NCBI RefSeq assembly: GCF_018977255.1
Contig: NW_024704743.1
Span: 14,944,001-15,008,000, forward strand
Direction of reading: 5' to 3'
Origin: Callorhinchus milii
Taxonomy: Eukaryota
DNA: 64,000 bases
Shown: one piece after another, positions 51,370-63,245 of the stretch
How the letters are laid out: each line of letters starts with the position of its first letter
Position numbering within the stretch: position 1 is the first letter of the stretch
Notes under the pieces: generated by a model
Seen by the model: the letters and a program-made list of their open reading frames with translations, nothing else
Told to the model about the DNA's origin: nothing
The model's database searches: none
Position numbers and translations under genes: made by a program

Positions 51370-52080
51370 TGTGCAGATACCAAGACCACTGAAGTTGGTT
51401 GGATGTTTACAGCACAATTGGCACAGTTTGAAAGTGACTTTAACATTTTTGGAATAGCATCAAATGTAATGAAACTGCTGCAGAGCCGGCAACCTGCGAT
51501 CTTTTTGAATGTGGCAGGTGAGGGAGCAAGGGGATATTTTGCAACCCTAGAGAGAGGTGGAAATGCCAGTAGAGGAGATGATGACTATTATGATGGAAAG
51601 ATGCTGTGGGAAAAATAATGAAATAATTGACTGAGTTAAGTTTGGAACAAGAAAGCAGGGACCCACAGAATCATTCAATCTGTACTGAGTAGTACTAAGA
51701 TCCCTAAGTAAAAGTTGTAATTATGGAATGTTAAGAGAGGAAACAATTCGGGACCAGATTGTAGTTGGTCAAAAAGATAGTAGATTAGTAAGAAAGCATT
51801 TGAAAAAAAGGGATCTGACGTTATATTGGCAATGAAGATAATATGGATTGAAGAAGTAACAAAAATAAATATGAGACATTGAGAGAGAGACATAGAAATG
51901 GAAACAGAAGAAATAGTTGGAATGATACAGATGAAGAGTATGGAGTGCAAAGAATATACAGGCCAAGAGGGAGGTGGACAAGTGTAGCAAACGCAGATTA
52001 GAACATCTTATGAGGAGATGTCCCGCAGAAGGAAAAGAATGCTATAAATGCAAAAAAATGGGAATTATGCAAGATTTTAT
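51370..52080 (+). pseudogene. Degenerate Ty3/Gypsy gag (capsid region + two zinc knuckles)
   Basis: Manual translation: IPRPLKLVGCLQHNW; FNIFGIAS...QPAIFLNVAGEGA; RKQGPTESFNLY*VVLRSLSKSCNYGMLREETIRDQIVVGQKDSRLVRKHLKKRDLTL; CSKRRLEHLMRRCPAEGKECYKCKKMG/YARF. Stops and frameshifts present. Confidence 0.88.
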
Positions 52081-52439
52081 ACAGGGATAGATAACAAGAA
52101 ACTGTGGAGAGGTATATAGCAAACATAAAACACAGGAGAAAAGTCAAACAAAAAGAAGAGAGTACAAGAGGCCAAACAACCCGAGGAGAACAAGAATTGG
52201 GCAAATTAGATCAAGGAAATATGAGGGTGGGGAGCCTGCTCGGATATATAATCCAAAGAAAGTGAACAAGAATAGGAGCATAACATTGACACAGTGGAAC
52301 TCATAAAGAGAGAGTACAGGAAAAAGGAAAATATGAGTGGATGGTATATCTATGTTGTAAAAAAAGTAAGGAAAATCATTCAGGCAAACTAGATACAAGA
52401 CCCACAGAAGGAAAACACATTCAAAAAGTTTGCTGTAAA

Positions 52440-52680
52440 AAGCTGTATGGTTTTGGAGGAAAAACTTAAAAACAGAAGGATGGATCAAAGGAAAAATTTG
52501 GAGGAAGGATAAAATCCCCAAATCATTTTGGGTAAAAGATAAAAACGGATAGATATATGGACAAACATGATGGGAGATCAAACAAAGAAAAATAAAGAAA
52601 ATACAGGAGGAAAAGCAGAAGGAAGATCAATGAGTGGCAGAAATAGTAAGAACAGCCAGATGCGGAAGAGAAATAGAAAG
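52440..52680 (+). pseudogene. Gypsy integrase C-terminal (GPY/F, SH3-like) remnant
   Basis: AVWFWRKNLKTEGWIKGKIWRKDKIPKSFWVKDKNG*IYGQT*WEIK resembles W.PG.V...PRSY.V...G..YRRNR; TARCGREI resembles the terminal TRSGR motif. Confidence 0.65.
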
Positions 52681-52733
52681 AATGATAGAACAAGATGGAA
52701 AAAAAAGAAGAGAAGAAACTAGAAGAAGGAAGA

Positions 52734-52915
52734 TGTTGTATATCGTTTTAAGGTTAAATTGGCATTTGGACATTGACCAATGAGAAGCAAGCAAGCAGCA
52801 TAAAAGGATTCTGGTAAAGTGACTGGGCAGAGTGTTGAAGAGAATTGAAGTGTTTGCTTGAAATAAAGGAGCTATTGAATTTAAACTGTGTTGTGGATTG
52901 ACTAATAATACAAGG
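52734..52915 (+). mobile_element. Putative 3' LTR (~180 bp) preceded by polypurine tract 52721-52733
   Basis: AGAAGAAGGAAGA|TGTTGTA start; CCAAT, CATAAAA and AATAAA in order; end ...TAATACA(AGG), a partial inverted match to TGTTGTA. Confidence 0.7.
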
Positions 52916-53311
52916 TTTATTTGTGATGCGGTCGCAGAAATATTGAATTCTGACATCTAAGTGTAATTTGGTTTGATTTTTTTTCCTGGTGATAACCAGA
53001 TAAGATCCTCCTGAATAAGTCCAGAAACTCTTTAACACCTTGGACTCTGACAGCACAGAACAGCACGCTGAACCAGTTTACAATTCGCTGAACAGCAGCT
53101 TGGTTTGATGGGATCCATTTCAATGAACTGAAACACAAGTCCCAGAGTTTCCAACTAATGTGACAGCAATCCTGGTAGGTGCATCAAACACTCAGGGACG
53201 TGTGAAGGTAAAAAAATATGAATTCAGAATTTAGGAAGTATCCCTGGCGGTATACACAATAAGATACATACAAACTCTTTAGTTATACATTTACAAACTC
53301 ATTATGATATA

Positions 53312-53660
53312 TAATAATCCTTGCATTTGATATAGCACCTTTGACAGCTGGAGGATGTCTCAAAACACTTCACAGGATTTTACATTCAAGTGTAGTCACT
53401 GTGTATTTTGTAGGTGGATGCAGCAGCCAATTTTTCCATGAAACAGTCATGAACGAATGATCAATTTTATTTGGAGAATTGATGGCCAGGATTCCAGGAG
53501 AAACTCCCTTCACTTTTCGAACAGTGCCATGGGATCTTTATTAGGCTGATGGAAACTCGGTTTAACATCTAATCCGAAGGACAACAATTCCAATCTATGA
53601 CACCCTAGTACTGAATTGAAGTGTCAACCGAGAATGTGAGATCAAAGACCGAACCCACCT
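53312..53660 (-). mobile_element. Old Deu-domain SINE
   Basis: Homologous to 24745-25170. Confidence 0.8.
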
Positions 53661-53857
53661 GATATTTCAGCTCTCTTTTATCCAAAGGGAAGTAGATAAA
53701 TAGCCAAAAATAATTAAGTTACAGGAATATGGAAAAAGGCCAGGTAACTGGGATTGAAAGGATTGCTCTTAAAAGAGTCAGCACAGACTCGAGGGGCTGA
53801 AGCCTGGGCCAGTTTTTCCTACTTTCCTCCACTGACCTGAAGTTGGGCAGTGGGACA

Positions 53858-54131
53858 TTGCCTTGGGACATCCTCCCAACGTGAAAGGCATTATACAAAT
53901 GTAATTTGTTGTTGTGTAGTCTTCTTCTGTGCAGTAAATTTCTATGGTTCTACATGCCCAATCTTCTCTCACTCAATTTAGGGAACTCTGGCTGATATCC
54001 CCCACACCTGCAACCCAAGAGAGCTGTAAGCAACTATTCTAATCTCACTCTCATCCATCTTGAGATCAACTAATGCAAGAATCAAACTCCCAACGTGAAA
54101 GGCGCTATACAAATGTAATCTTGTTGTTGTT
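53858..54131 (+). mobile_element. Two very short L2 3' tails (53858-53915 and 54087-54131)
   Basis: CTCCCAACGTGAAAGGC..TATACAAATGTAAT(TTG)n twice. Confidence 0.8.
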
Positions 54132-54819
54132 GGGGACCATCTTGCTCTTTGTGGCTCAGTACTACAAATGTGCAATGAATGAACCACCAATCAATCCATT
54201 CTGGTAACTGCGAGTAATCCAGGACTTTACTCGTCCTCCTTAAAATGAATCACACTTTTAATAGTTTGATGTTGCTGCGGTTTTCAAGCTTTCAACAATA
54301 TAATATTTAATGTATTTTTCTCTAATGTCAGATCTATATTCCTCTGCAAACTCTGCTGTAAGATTTTCTTTATTAAACTGTATTAAAAAGGATCTCAGCA
54401 AGCACTTCCTTCCCTTTATGTACCTAACAAATGCACTGTGAATAGTTCACAGGATCTTCACCTTTCTTACCACCAGATCTATTAAAACTCCTGCAGAGAC
54501 GCAATCAGGAATTGGATTTCACAAATACAAAATCAAACCTGGCCACTCAACTGGAGCTATTTATGCTGAGCCATTAATCTAGGTTTGCTTTGGGAATAAT
54601 TATTTCCACCTCCCAAGTCTTTGTGCTGCTGAGTTACCCTAAGGCCCAAAAGCTTTGCTTCTCCACACGCCTTGGCTTTTCTTTGTATTTTTAATAATGT
54701 TTCAATGTATTATTTATAAGGCAGTGTTCATAGAAATCCACATTGCATTAGAGTATGCTTTAAGTTGGGAAATACGGATTTTGATTATCAAGATTAAAAC
54801 TTAGTATGTTTGTATGTTA

Positions 54820-56780
54820 TGACATCAGAAAGGTAGGGGGGAGCAAGACTGTGGAGGGCCTTGAAGGTAAGAATGAGGGTTTTGTACTCAATTCTCTGAG
54901 GAATGGAGAGCCAGTGAAGCCAGGCAAGAATGGGGGTGATAGGTTCCTGGAGCCTAGTGCGGGAGAGGACACAAGCTGTAGAGTTCTGAATAATCTGCAG
55001 CTTGTGGAGGAAAGAGTTGGGAAGTCCAGTGAGCAGGCAGTTGACGTAGTCAAGCCGGGAGGTAAGGAAAGCGTGGACCACTGTCTCAGCGGCATGCGGT
55101 GAGAGGCAGTGATGGAGGTGGACAATGTTGCAGAGGTATGGACAGAACGGGTCACGGCACGAATATGGGGTTTGAAGGATAGCTGAGGGTCGAAAAGTTT
55201 GCCAAGGTTTCAGATTGGCTCGGTGAGGTGAAGAGAGCAGCCATGAATGGTGAAAGTGTCAGCGGCTGAGGTGGAGGTGCTGCCGGGAGCCAAGCAGAAG
55301 GGCCTCTGTCTTGCCAACATTGAGCTGGAGGAAGTTGGCTCTCCTCCAGGACTTGATGTCCATCAGACAATTGGCCAGGGCATCAACGGTCCTGGAGTCG
55401 AGGGTGGAGGAAACGAGATAGAGTTAGGTGTCATCCGAATGCATGTGGAAATTGATGCCATGCCTGCGGATGACATCACTGAGCAGGAGCATGTATAGAT
55501 AGAAGAGGAGGGGACTGAGGACAGAGCCCTGAATGACGCCACACGTGACAGTGCAGGGGCTAGAGGAGAAGTCATTGGTGAACACGAAGTGCAGACAGTG
55601 GAAAAGGTAGGATTGGAACCAGGCAAGAACATTGAGGTGAGAGGAGAGGCGGTGGAGAAGACTAGAGTGGTCAACAGTATCGAAAGCGGCCAAGAATGAG
55701 GAGACAGAGTGAGCCCTGGTTGCTGGTGGACAGAATATCATTTGTCAGGGCTGTGGGCAGCATGAAACCCAGATTGGAGGGGTCCATGGAGGGAATGCTG
55801 GGAGAGGAAAGAGCGAAGTTGGGAAGCGACGACTCATTCCATGATCTTTGATAGAAAAGGAAGGTTTGAAATGTGGCGGTAGTTGGAGAGCAAAGGTGGG
55901 TCAAAGGAAGGTATTTTGAGGAGCGAGGTGATGATAACTGTCTTTAGGGGGATGGGTACGGTGCCAGTGGACAGGGAGAGGTTAACGTGGTCTGTTAGTA
56001 GGGGACAAGGAGGTGGAGCTGGGAGGTGAAGAGAGAGGTATGGATGGGGTCAAGGGAGCAGATGATCGGTTTCATATGGGAAATGATGGAGGTGAGTGAA
56101 GAGGGGGAGACAGGGTCAAAAGTGTGGAGGGAGGAATGGGGGGTGAGGGTTGGAAGGGGAGCTGGAGGTGGGGAGAGGGAGGTGGGGATGGGGTGTCGGT
56201 AGAGGGGCTAGTGGTGGCAGAGCGGATCCCCTCGACTTTGGACTCAAGGAAATCCATCTTTGCAATTGGTGTTAGAGGAGAAGATAGCAGAGGCATAGGA
56301 GGGTGAACGGAGGAATTTGTTTATGGTAGAAAAAAGGAGTCTGGGGTTGTCCTTAGCTTCCAAGATAATTTGGAAATAAAAGGATGACTTAGCTGAGGCA
56401 AGAGCAGAGGTAGGTCTTGGTGCAGTCCTGCCAGATCTGATGGTGAACCATTAATTTGGATTTGTGCCAGGTGCATTTGACAGAGTGCGCCTGAGATTTG
56501 ATGGGATCGGAGGTGGCTGGTGTACCAGGGGGATTTGTATGAGTGGAGGTGGTGCGGGAGATGACAAGCATGTCGAGAATGACCGAGAGGGAGTTGTTTA
56601 GAAGGGTGGCCAAGGAGGATTAGCCATTGCAGGAAGAGGGCCAGAGGTGTAGGAGTTCAGATGCCTCCAAGGCAGTGGAGAGGGCAAGGAGGGGGATTTT
56701 TCTCCAGTGGTGATAGGAGATGCATGTGGGTGGGTGGCAGGGAGGGGAATAGAGGAGTTAAAGGAGATGAAATAGTGATC
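54820..56780 (-). mobile_element. Large internal L2 fragment (RT)
   Basis: [59 protein letters not shown]...LHWLSIPQRIEYK. Confidence 0.93.
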
Positions 56781-57039
56781 TGAAAGCAGAAGTCAATGTC
56801 AGCTTTATGCACGTAAGGCAAAGAATTTAGGTCTTTCTTTAAGGTTCAGGCATTCTGATTGGTAAAAAGTTTGTTTGCCTGAAATTTGAACATTTTCATA
56901 ATAGATGCTGCTAAGAAGAAACATTTTTTGAGCAGTTAGACTTCTTACTTAACAAAGCAGACAGAATTCTTCTAGTTTGTTCTCCCTTTCAATGTATACT
57001 TTGGTTTTGAGATTTTCTTTTTCAAAAATTTTTTTTTGC

Positions 57040-57200
57040 TAGTTTTCAAGACCCACCTCAAGACCCTCCTCGTCAACCTTGCTTTCGATCTCCCTGCTTC
57101 CCCCCCTGCCCTCCCCCATCCCGACCCTCAGCTCAGATCCTTAACTCTGTCCTCCCGACGTGAAAGGCTCTATATAAATGTAATTTTGTTGTTGTTGTTG
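57040..57200 (+). mobile_element. L2 3' end
   Basis: FKTHLKTLL and tail (TTG)n. Confidence 0.85.
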
Positions 57201-57714
57201 AGGCTGAGAACTGATATAATAATCCTTGAGTTTGATATGATGCTTATAATGTTGAACCATCTCAAAAAGCTTCACAGGTAATTGTTGTCAAAGCATAACT
57301 AATCCATCCACTCTCTCTAAATAATATGTCGGTCACTTTTTTTTCATAAGATTAGTATCGTACACGAGTATTCAGTGTAGTATTCAGTTCAGCAGTAGAA
57401 ATAAATCAATGTGCCAGTTTTCAGGGTTAGTGCTTTTTTGCAGCAGTGAACTAAGAACTTCTGTGCCATGTTACCATCTGCGCAGAGCCACCGCAATTGT
57501 TCTCCTACTGTGAGCTTTAAAGTCTGAAGCTTGTAATGAGGAATAGTACTGGGACTATCTGGAATGAAGAGAGGTAATTTTTAGCCACAGCGCAAAATAA
57601 TTGTTTGCAACAATAACATTTATTATTGGGCAGGGATATGCATTTTCAGAATAGAAAATGATTCACTTGCAAAAAAGAAACATAGGAAATAATGCACTTA
57701 AGGTCTAAGGTAGG

Positions 57715-58230
57715 TCATTTCGCCCACAAAACACACAGTCAATCCACTTTATAGTATATTCTGTGAAGACTTTGAGACGTGACAACATCATGATAAGGAG
57801 CTATATCAATTGCAAGGATTATTATTATTATTCTCAAGAGCTGAACCCCGAGCACAGGTCTGTGCTACCTTATGATCTGTCCATACAACAACAACAAACA
57901 ATAAATGACATTTACATTGTGCCATTCACGTCGGAAGGACAGTTAAGGGTTTGCACCCAAGCTGGTGGTTGGAATCAAGTGGGTTGGAGATGGGAGTGTG
58001 GGCAAAAGCACGGTCAAAGAGATGGGCCTTGAAGGAGGCGAGGGAAGGGGTGAAACAGAGGGATTCGGGGATGAAGTTCCAGAGGGTGGGGGCAGAAAAG
58101 CTGAAGGCCCATCCGGTAATGGTGGGATTGACAGGGTGGGGACAAGGAGCAGGCCAGTGCCAACCGAACGGAGGGAGCGGACAGGTTGGTATAGTATTAA
58201 GAGATTGCAGAGGTAGGCCAGAGGTCGCAT
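57715..58230. mobile_element. SINE tail (+, 57715-57832) and L2 3' fragment (-, 57885-58230)
   Basis: Shared tail motifs; VRSLRSVGTGLLLVP. Confidence 0.8.
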
Positions 58231-58743
58231 ACCAGAAATCTCTTTAAATCGAGTGACCCAACAGACTCACATAGTGACAGTTTTGTGGGAAATATGACAA
58301 ATTAACGTGTTAATTGAACATTCCAAAACTAATGGTCCACTACATGTTAAGTAGAAACTGAACATGTGCTCATATCAAAAAGGCTGAGGAACACTGGTCT
58401 AAGGTGATCTGGGCAGACAATAGCACAGAACACAGGGGTACTTCAGTGGAATCAACCATTCTGCTATCTTTAGCGAGTATTAGACAAATTACAGGGTAGT
58501 TAATTATTCTGATTTCTGACACCTTTTGAGAAAGGCTGTAAGAAACATGGGTGTGGGGGGAGGGAGTAGATTTCTGACAATTGCTGATTGTTCTACTTAA
58601 ATTTGTTCTACTTATACAAAGTCATTATGTTAATGCACTCCCATCCAAAATTCATAATCTTTCCACCCTCATACCAGAGCTTATCTAAGTGTAACTTCCT
58701 AATCTCATATATATATAGTACATATGGGGTAGATTTGTAGTCC

Positions 58744-59068
58744 GTGGAGTCCTGTAGCTCAGTGGTTAGAGCACTCGCTTTGCAAGCGAGAGACCCGAGT
58801 TCAATTTCAGGCAGGGCGAAACCTTGGGCAAGTTTCCTTACTCCACACGCCTAATAATAATCCCTCCAAAACCAAAAACAATAATAAATTGGTCATTTTC
58901 AATCTTTGACTGTTTGTGGGACATTGCTGTGCACAATTGGCTGCCGCGTTCGCCCACAAATATACAGTCAATTCACTTTGCAGTGTGTTCTGTGAAGCGC
59001 TTTGGGACATCCTCCCGACGTGAAAAGCGCTATATCAATGCAAGGATTATTATTATTATTATTATTAT
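58744..59068 (+). mobile_element. Full-length SINE, short subfamily (tRNA-Ala-like head)
   Basis: A box TAGCTCAGTGG, anticodon arm CTCGC-TTTGCAA-GCGAG (UGC), B box GAGTTCAATT, Deu block, L2-A hairpin, (TTA)n. Confidence 0.95.
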
Positions 59069-59245
59069 TGTTATTTGTCTTAATAATTAGTATTTATTCC
59101 ATTCTGTTAGCGCCAAATAAAGTCACTATTTTACGAAACTCCCTGTTTTAATAGCATCAGTGTTGACAATTTGATGTTTCTCTGCTAAATGTTACCAAAA
59201 CTCAAAGACATACATGCAGTATTTGTATACTATAAATTGTTTTGT

Positions 59246-59872
59246 TGAATCCTATAGCGTAGTGGTTAGAGCACTCGCCTTGCAAGTGAGAGAACCTGGG
59301 TTCAATTCCCAGTAGGGCGAAATGTTGGGCAAGTTTCCTTACTCCACATGCCTCTGTTTACCTAGTTGTAAGTAGGAACCCAGTTGTTAGTCGATTGGCG
59401 GATTGCTTTTTCTGGGGATAATAATCCCTCAAAAATGTTTTTAAAAACAGTAATAATAATTTGGTCATTCAATCTACGACTGTTTGTGGGATGCTGCTGT
59501 GCGCAATTGGCTGCCACGTTTCTCCCACAAAATATACAGTCAATTCACTTTACGGTGTATTCTGTGAAGCTCTTTGAGATGTCTCGAAAATGCGTTAAGG
59601 CGCGATATCTGCCACTCTGCCCATCCTCTGGAACTCCATCCCACAGTACCTCCACCTCACCCCCTCCCTTGCCTCCTTCAAGACACGTCTCAAGTTCCTC
59701 TTCTTCGGCCGTGCCTTCAGTCACCCTCCTTCCCCCACTGCCCTCCACCCTCCCCGATCCCGAACCCCAGCTCGGGTCTGAAACATTGATTGTCCAGCGC
59801 CTTGGGACGTCATCTCGACGTAAAAGGTGTTATACAAACGTAATTTTGTTGTTGTTGATATCAAATGGAAGG

Positions 59873-59920
<48 letters not shown>
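59246..59920 (+). mobile_element. Long-subfamily SINE with an L2 3' fragment (59610-59856) in its tail, TSD GATATC; ends in a long (TTA)n run
   Basis: GATATC at 59604-59609 and 59857-59862; SINE tail resumes AAATGGAAGGATTATT. Confidence 0.9.
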
Positions 59921-60231
59921 GTAGACCTTGGGGACTGCCTAATGTAGTTTGGAGCAATTTTGGACGTTTCACTGCTGGGGCAAGCATTCAGATTCAGTTT
60001 TGACTGATGGTGAAGTAAGGGCCAGCTCTGATATTGTCACAAATAGAGCTACAGTTTCCAGAATGGGAACTGGCTGGTTCAAAATCCCATTCAGTGTGAA
60101 GCTGGTGGTCAGCTAGAACTACCTGAAAAGGTTATGTTAGCCCTAGCCTTCCCAGGATTAGAGAGATTAGAATTGGCTGGATTTACTGGTCCTGCTCCCT
60201 CTTCACTAATCTCCACACTAATTAAAATTAA

Positions 60232-61230
60232 ATTAATCCTTGCATTTGATACAGCGCCTTATTAAGTCATTGAGACTTCTCAAAGTGCTCGACAGAATAT
60301 ATTGTAAAGGGAATTGATTGTATATTTTGTGGGCTAAACGCGGCAGACAATTGCGCACAGCAGTGTTCCACCAACAGTCATGGATTGAGTGAGTACATTT
60401 TTTTTGGAAGGATTATTATCCCTGGGAAACAATCCGCCATACACCTGGGTTCCTACTTACTTCTAGGTAAACAGAGGACAACGATAAATATAGCAACACC
60501 TTGCATTTACGTAGCACCTTTCACTTGGGGAAGTGTCCCAGAGTGCTTGACAGTGGCGGAGTCTGACCCTGAGCAAGAGGGAGGGGAGAGGTGACCGTAA
60601 GCATGATCTAAATGGAAGGACTTTAGACGGGATTTGAAAGTGGAGAGGGATGGGGCAAGGCAGAGAGATTGAGGGAGGGAATTCCAGAGCTTTGGGGCGT
60701 AATGGCTGAAAACACGGCTGCTGATGGTGGAGAAGAGGGGATAATGGACAAACAGGAGGTTGGAGCCAGCCGAGCAGAGACAGCGGGTGGTGGAGTGGGT
60801 GATAAGCAAATCAGATAGGTAGGGAGGTGTGAAGGCATGAGGGATTTGAAAACGAGTGAGAAGATCTTCAAGTCAATCCATTTGGCAATTGGGAGCCAGT
60901 GCAGCCTGCAAGGACTGGTGTGATGGGGGCCCGGAGTTTTGTGTGGGTTAAAATAATAATTCTTGCATTTGGTTATTGGCTTTCAGGCCGGGAGGACACT
61001 TCCTGGGATTTATTATAAAGTGTAGTGACTGTGTATTTTGTAGGTGAACGCAGCAGTCAATGTACACACACCAATGTCTGACAAACAGCCGCGAAGAGAA
61101 TAACCAATTTTATCTGGGCGATTGTTGGACAGGACACCAGAAGAAAATCCTTTTTCTTTTCGAATAATGCCATGGGATTTTAACAGACAGATGGTTTAAC
61201 GTCTCATCTGAAGGACAGCACTTACAGCAA
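60232..61230 (-). mobile_element. Cluster: truncated long SINE (60232-60478), L2 3' fragment (60490-60950), old Deu SINE (60952-61230)
   Basis: Motif matches to other copies; L2 RVFSHYAPKLWNSLP...FKSRLKSF. Confidence 0.85.
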
Positions 61231-62129
61231 GTTCAAAGACAGCGGTTCAAAGTCCCAATGTTATAATGTTACAATAAAGTATATTTATTATAACATTACT
61301 CATTTATCTCTAGACACATAGAGAATCAGAGGAGTACCTTTCAGAGCTGTTTTATTGCAGGTGTTTCTTTATACAAAAAGTTGAGCTGTATATTGTGCCC
61401 TAATATTATTGTGCAGTTTATTTTTTCTGGAAGTGTGGTAGACTAACTCCTAAAATTGTATTATACTGAAGGAGCTGATCCATCATGTGGTGCTATATAC
61501 CTTTAGGTGCTCTATCGCTGTCATCTTTCACTTGTATCAAGATGTATGTGACAGCTCAATGGTCCCGTCACATGTTACTACTCTCACAGCTTATGTTGTT
61601 AGAACCACTGAAACTGAGTAACTTCCCTGCGACATATTGCCAAGTGACTACCATACTCTTTCCTGTACCCAGCACTCAAAGGTCTGCAAATTCACAAATC
61701 CTGCCACTGTCTCGCACAATGGTAGCGTTTGCCATGTGCCTAGGCTTCTCAATTTCTTCCTGTAACTGCAACCATTTCTACAGTTGTTTTATTTACTGTT
61801 TTGCAACATTGTGATTGCCTTTTGCCTGAATGCAAGCTGGATGTGTCAGGTTTTACTTAGATTCTGTGGTTGCCTTGGGAACAAAAATACAGAACAGGTG
61901 CATTGGAAGTCATAATATATTAAACACCAGTTGTTCTGTGATTTTAATATGCACATTGCCTTGTTCTGCATTTATTTTTAGAGGTAGTAATTAATCTTTG
62001 GAAACTTTCATTTCATTGAGGAAAAAAGCATTATGATTAACAAGAGACCTAATTATCAGCTGCATTGATAATTCACACAATTGTATCAGGCAGGGTCTCA
62101 AAGTGTGAATTTTTCGTAGATTATGAAAA

Positions 62130-62650
62130 AGAAAGAACTCGCATTTTGATTGCAGCTTATCACATCAAATGTCTCAGAGCACTTCATGAGTAATTACTGT
62201 GAAGTACCATGACTGTTTTGTAGACAAGTTCAGTAGCTATTCATACTGGCAAAATCTTGCAAACAGCCATTAAGGAAATGACAGGTCAATCTGGGGAATT
62301 GTTGGCCAGGACACCACCAACAACAACAAATGACACTTGTATAACACCCTTCACGTTGGAAAGACATCCCAGGACGCTGGATACTCAGGGTTTTTTGGAC
62401 CCGAGCTGGGAGTTCGGGTCAGGAGGAGTAAAGGCCAGAGGGGAGGAGTGGGTGTGGGGGTGTGGGAGGGTGGCTGAAGAGTAAGGTCTTTGAAGGGGGT
62501 AAGGCAAAGGGATTGCGGGAGAGGATTTCGGAGCGTGGGGGCAGAGATGCTGAATGCCCGATCACCAATGGTGGGTGGGAAGTGCAGGCGACCTGAAGCA
62601 GGCCAGTGTCCACTGAGCGAAGGGAGCAGACAGGCTGATATGGGGTTAGG
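62130..62650 (-). mobile_element. Deu SINE tail (62130-62315) and L2 3' fragment (62318-62650)
   Basis: Tail motifs; (CAA)n at ~62318. Confidence 0.75.
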
Positions 62651-63139
62651 AGGAAATCAAGAGAAACTCCCTTCTGTAAGATACATGCTAATAGGGCGGA
62701 CCACTTTCAGCAAATTCAGTAGGCAGTAGGAAAAGGCGAGTCTTTCTTTCTGTCGACCTCTAAATTATTACAGGACACTGAAGTGTCAGACAGGGCTGTA
62801 GTCCACAGTTTAACCCCACTTGTGGTAACTTCTCTGACATCCCAATTGCACCTCAAACAAACAGCCAAACATCCTTTAATATGGCTGTCAGTTCTGAGGT
62901 TTGGAACTGAGGGAAATGTAGCCACCCAAGCCCATCATCCTACACCTCAACCCAAATTTACAGGAGCGCAGGAAAGAGAACGCCAACAAAAGAAATGCAT
63001 TCAAAAAGTATTGTCAACTTGCACTGATCGCTGATTCATTGGGATTACCAATGGCGCTGTGGATCCAGGCCCACCTTTGGAATGAACCCATTCAGCTGTG
63101 GACTGGCTATATGGGAAATTGGGGAATTTCTCAAACAAC

Positions 63140-63245
63140 CCGGTGAAACTCTGGAACACTCTCCCTCAAACTCTCCATCTTACCCCCTCTCTCCCCTTTT
63201 TCAAGTCCCGCCTGAAAACCTTCCTTTTTGACAGTGCTTACGATC
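63140..63245 (+). mobile_element. L2 3' fragment
   Basis: KLWNTLPQ...FFKSRLKTFLFDSAY. Confidence 0.8.

Noticed and set aside
51675..53138. Hydrophobic Phe/Leu-rich minus-strand ORFs resembling membrane proteins
   Set aside because: Antisense shadows of the A/G-rich Gypsy relic.
58748..58820. tRNA-Ala(UGC)-like cloverleaf (also at the other SINE heads)
   Set aside because: It is the head of a multi-copy SINE, has a mispaired T-arm, and runs directly into the SINE body.
59873..59920. (TTA)n array and other (CAA)n runs as CRISPR-like or coding repeats
   Set aside because: They are simple 3' tails of SINE and L2 elements; there is no spacer structure or cas gene, and the DNA is eukaryotic.
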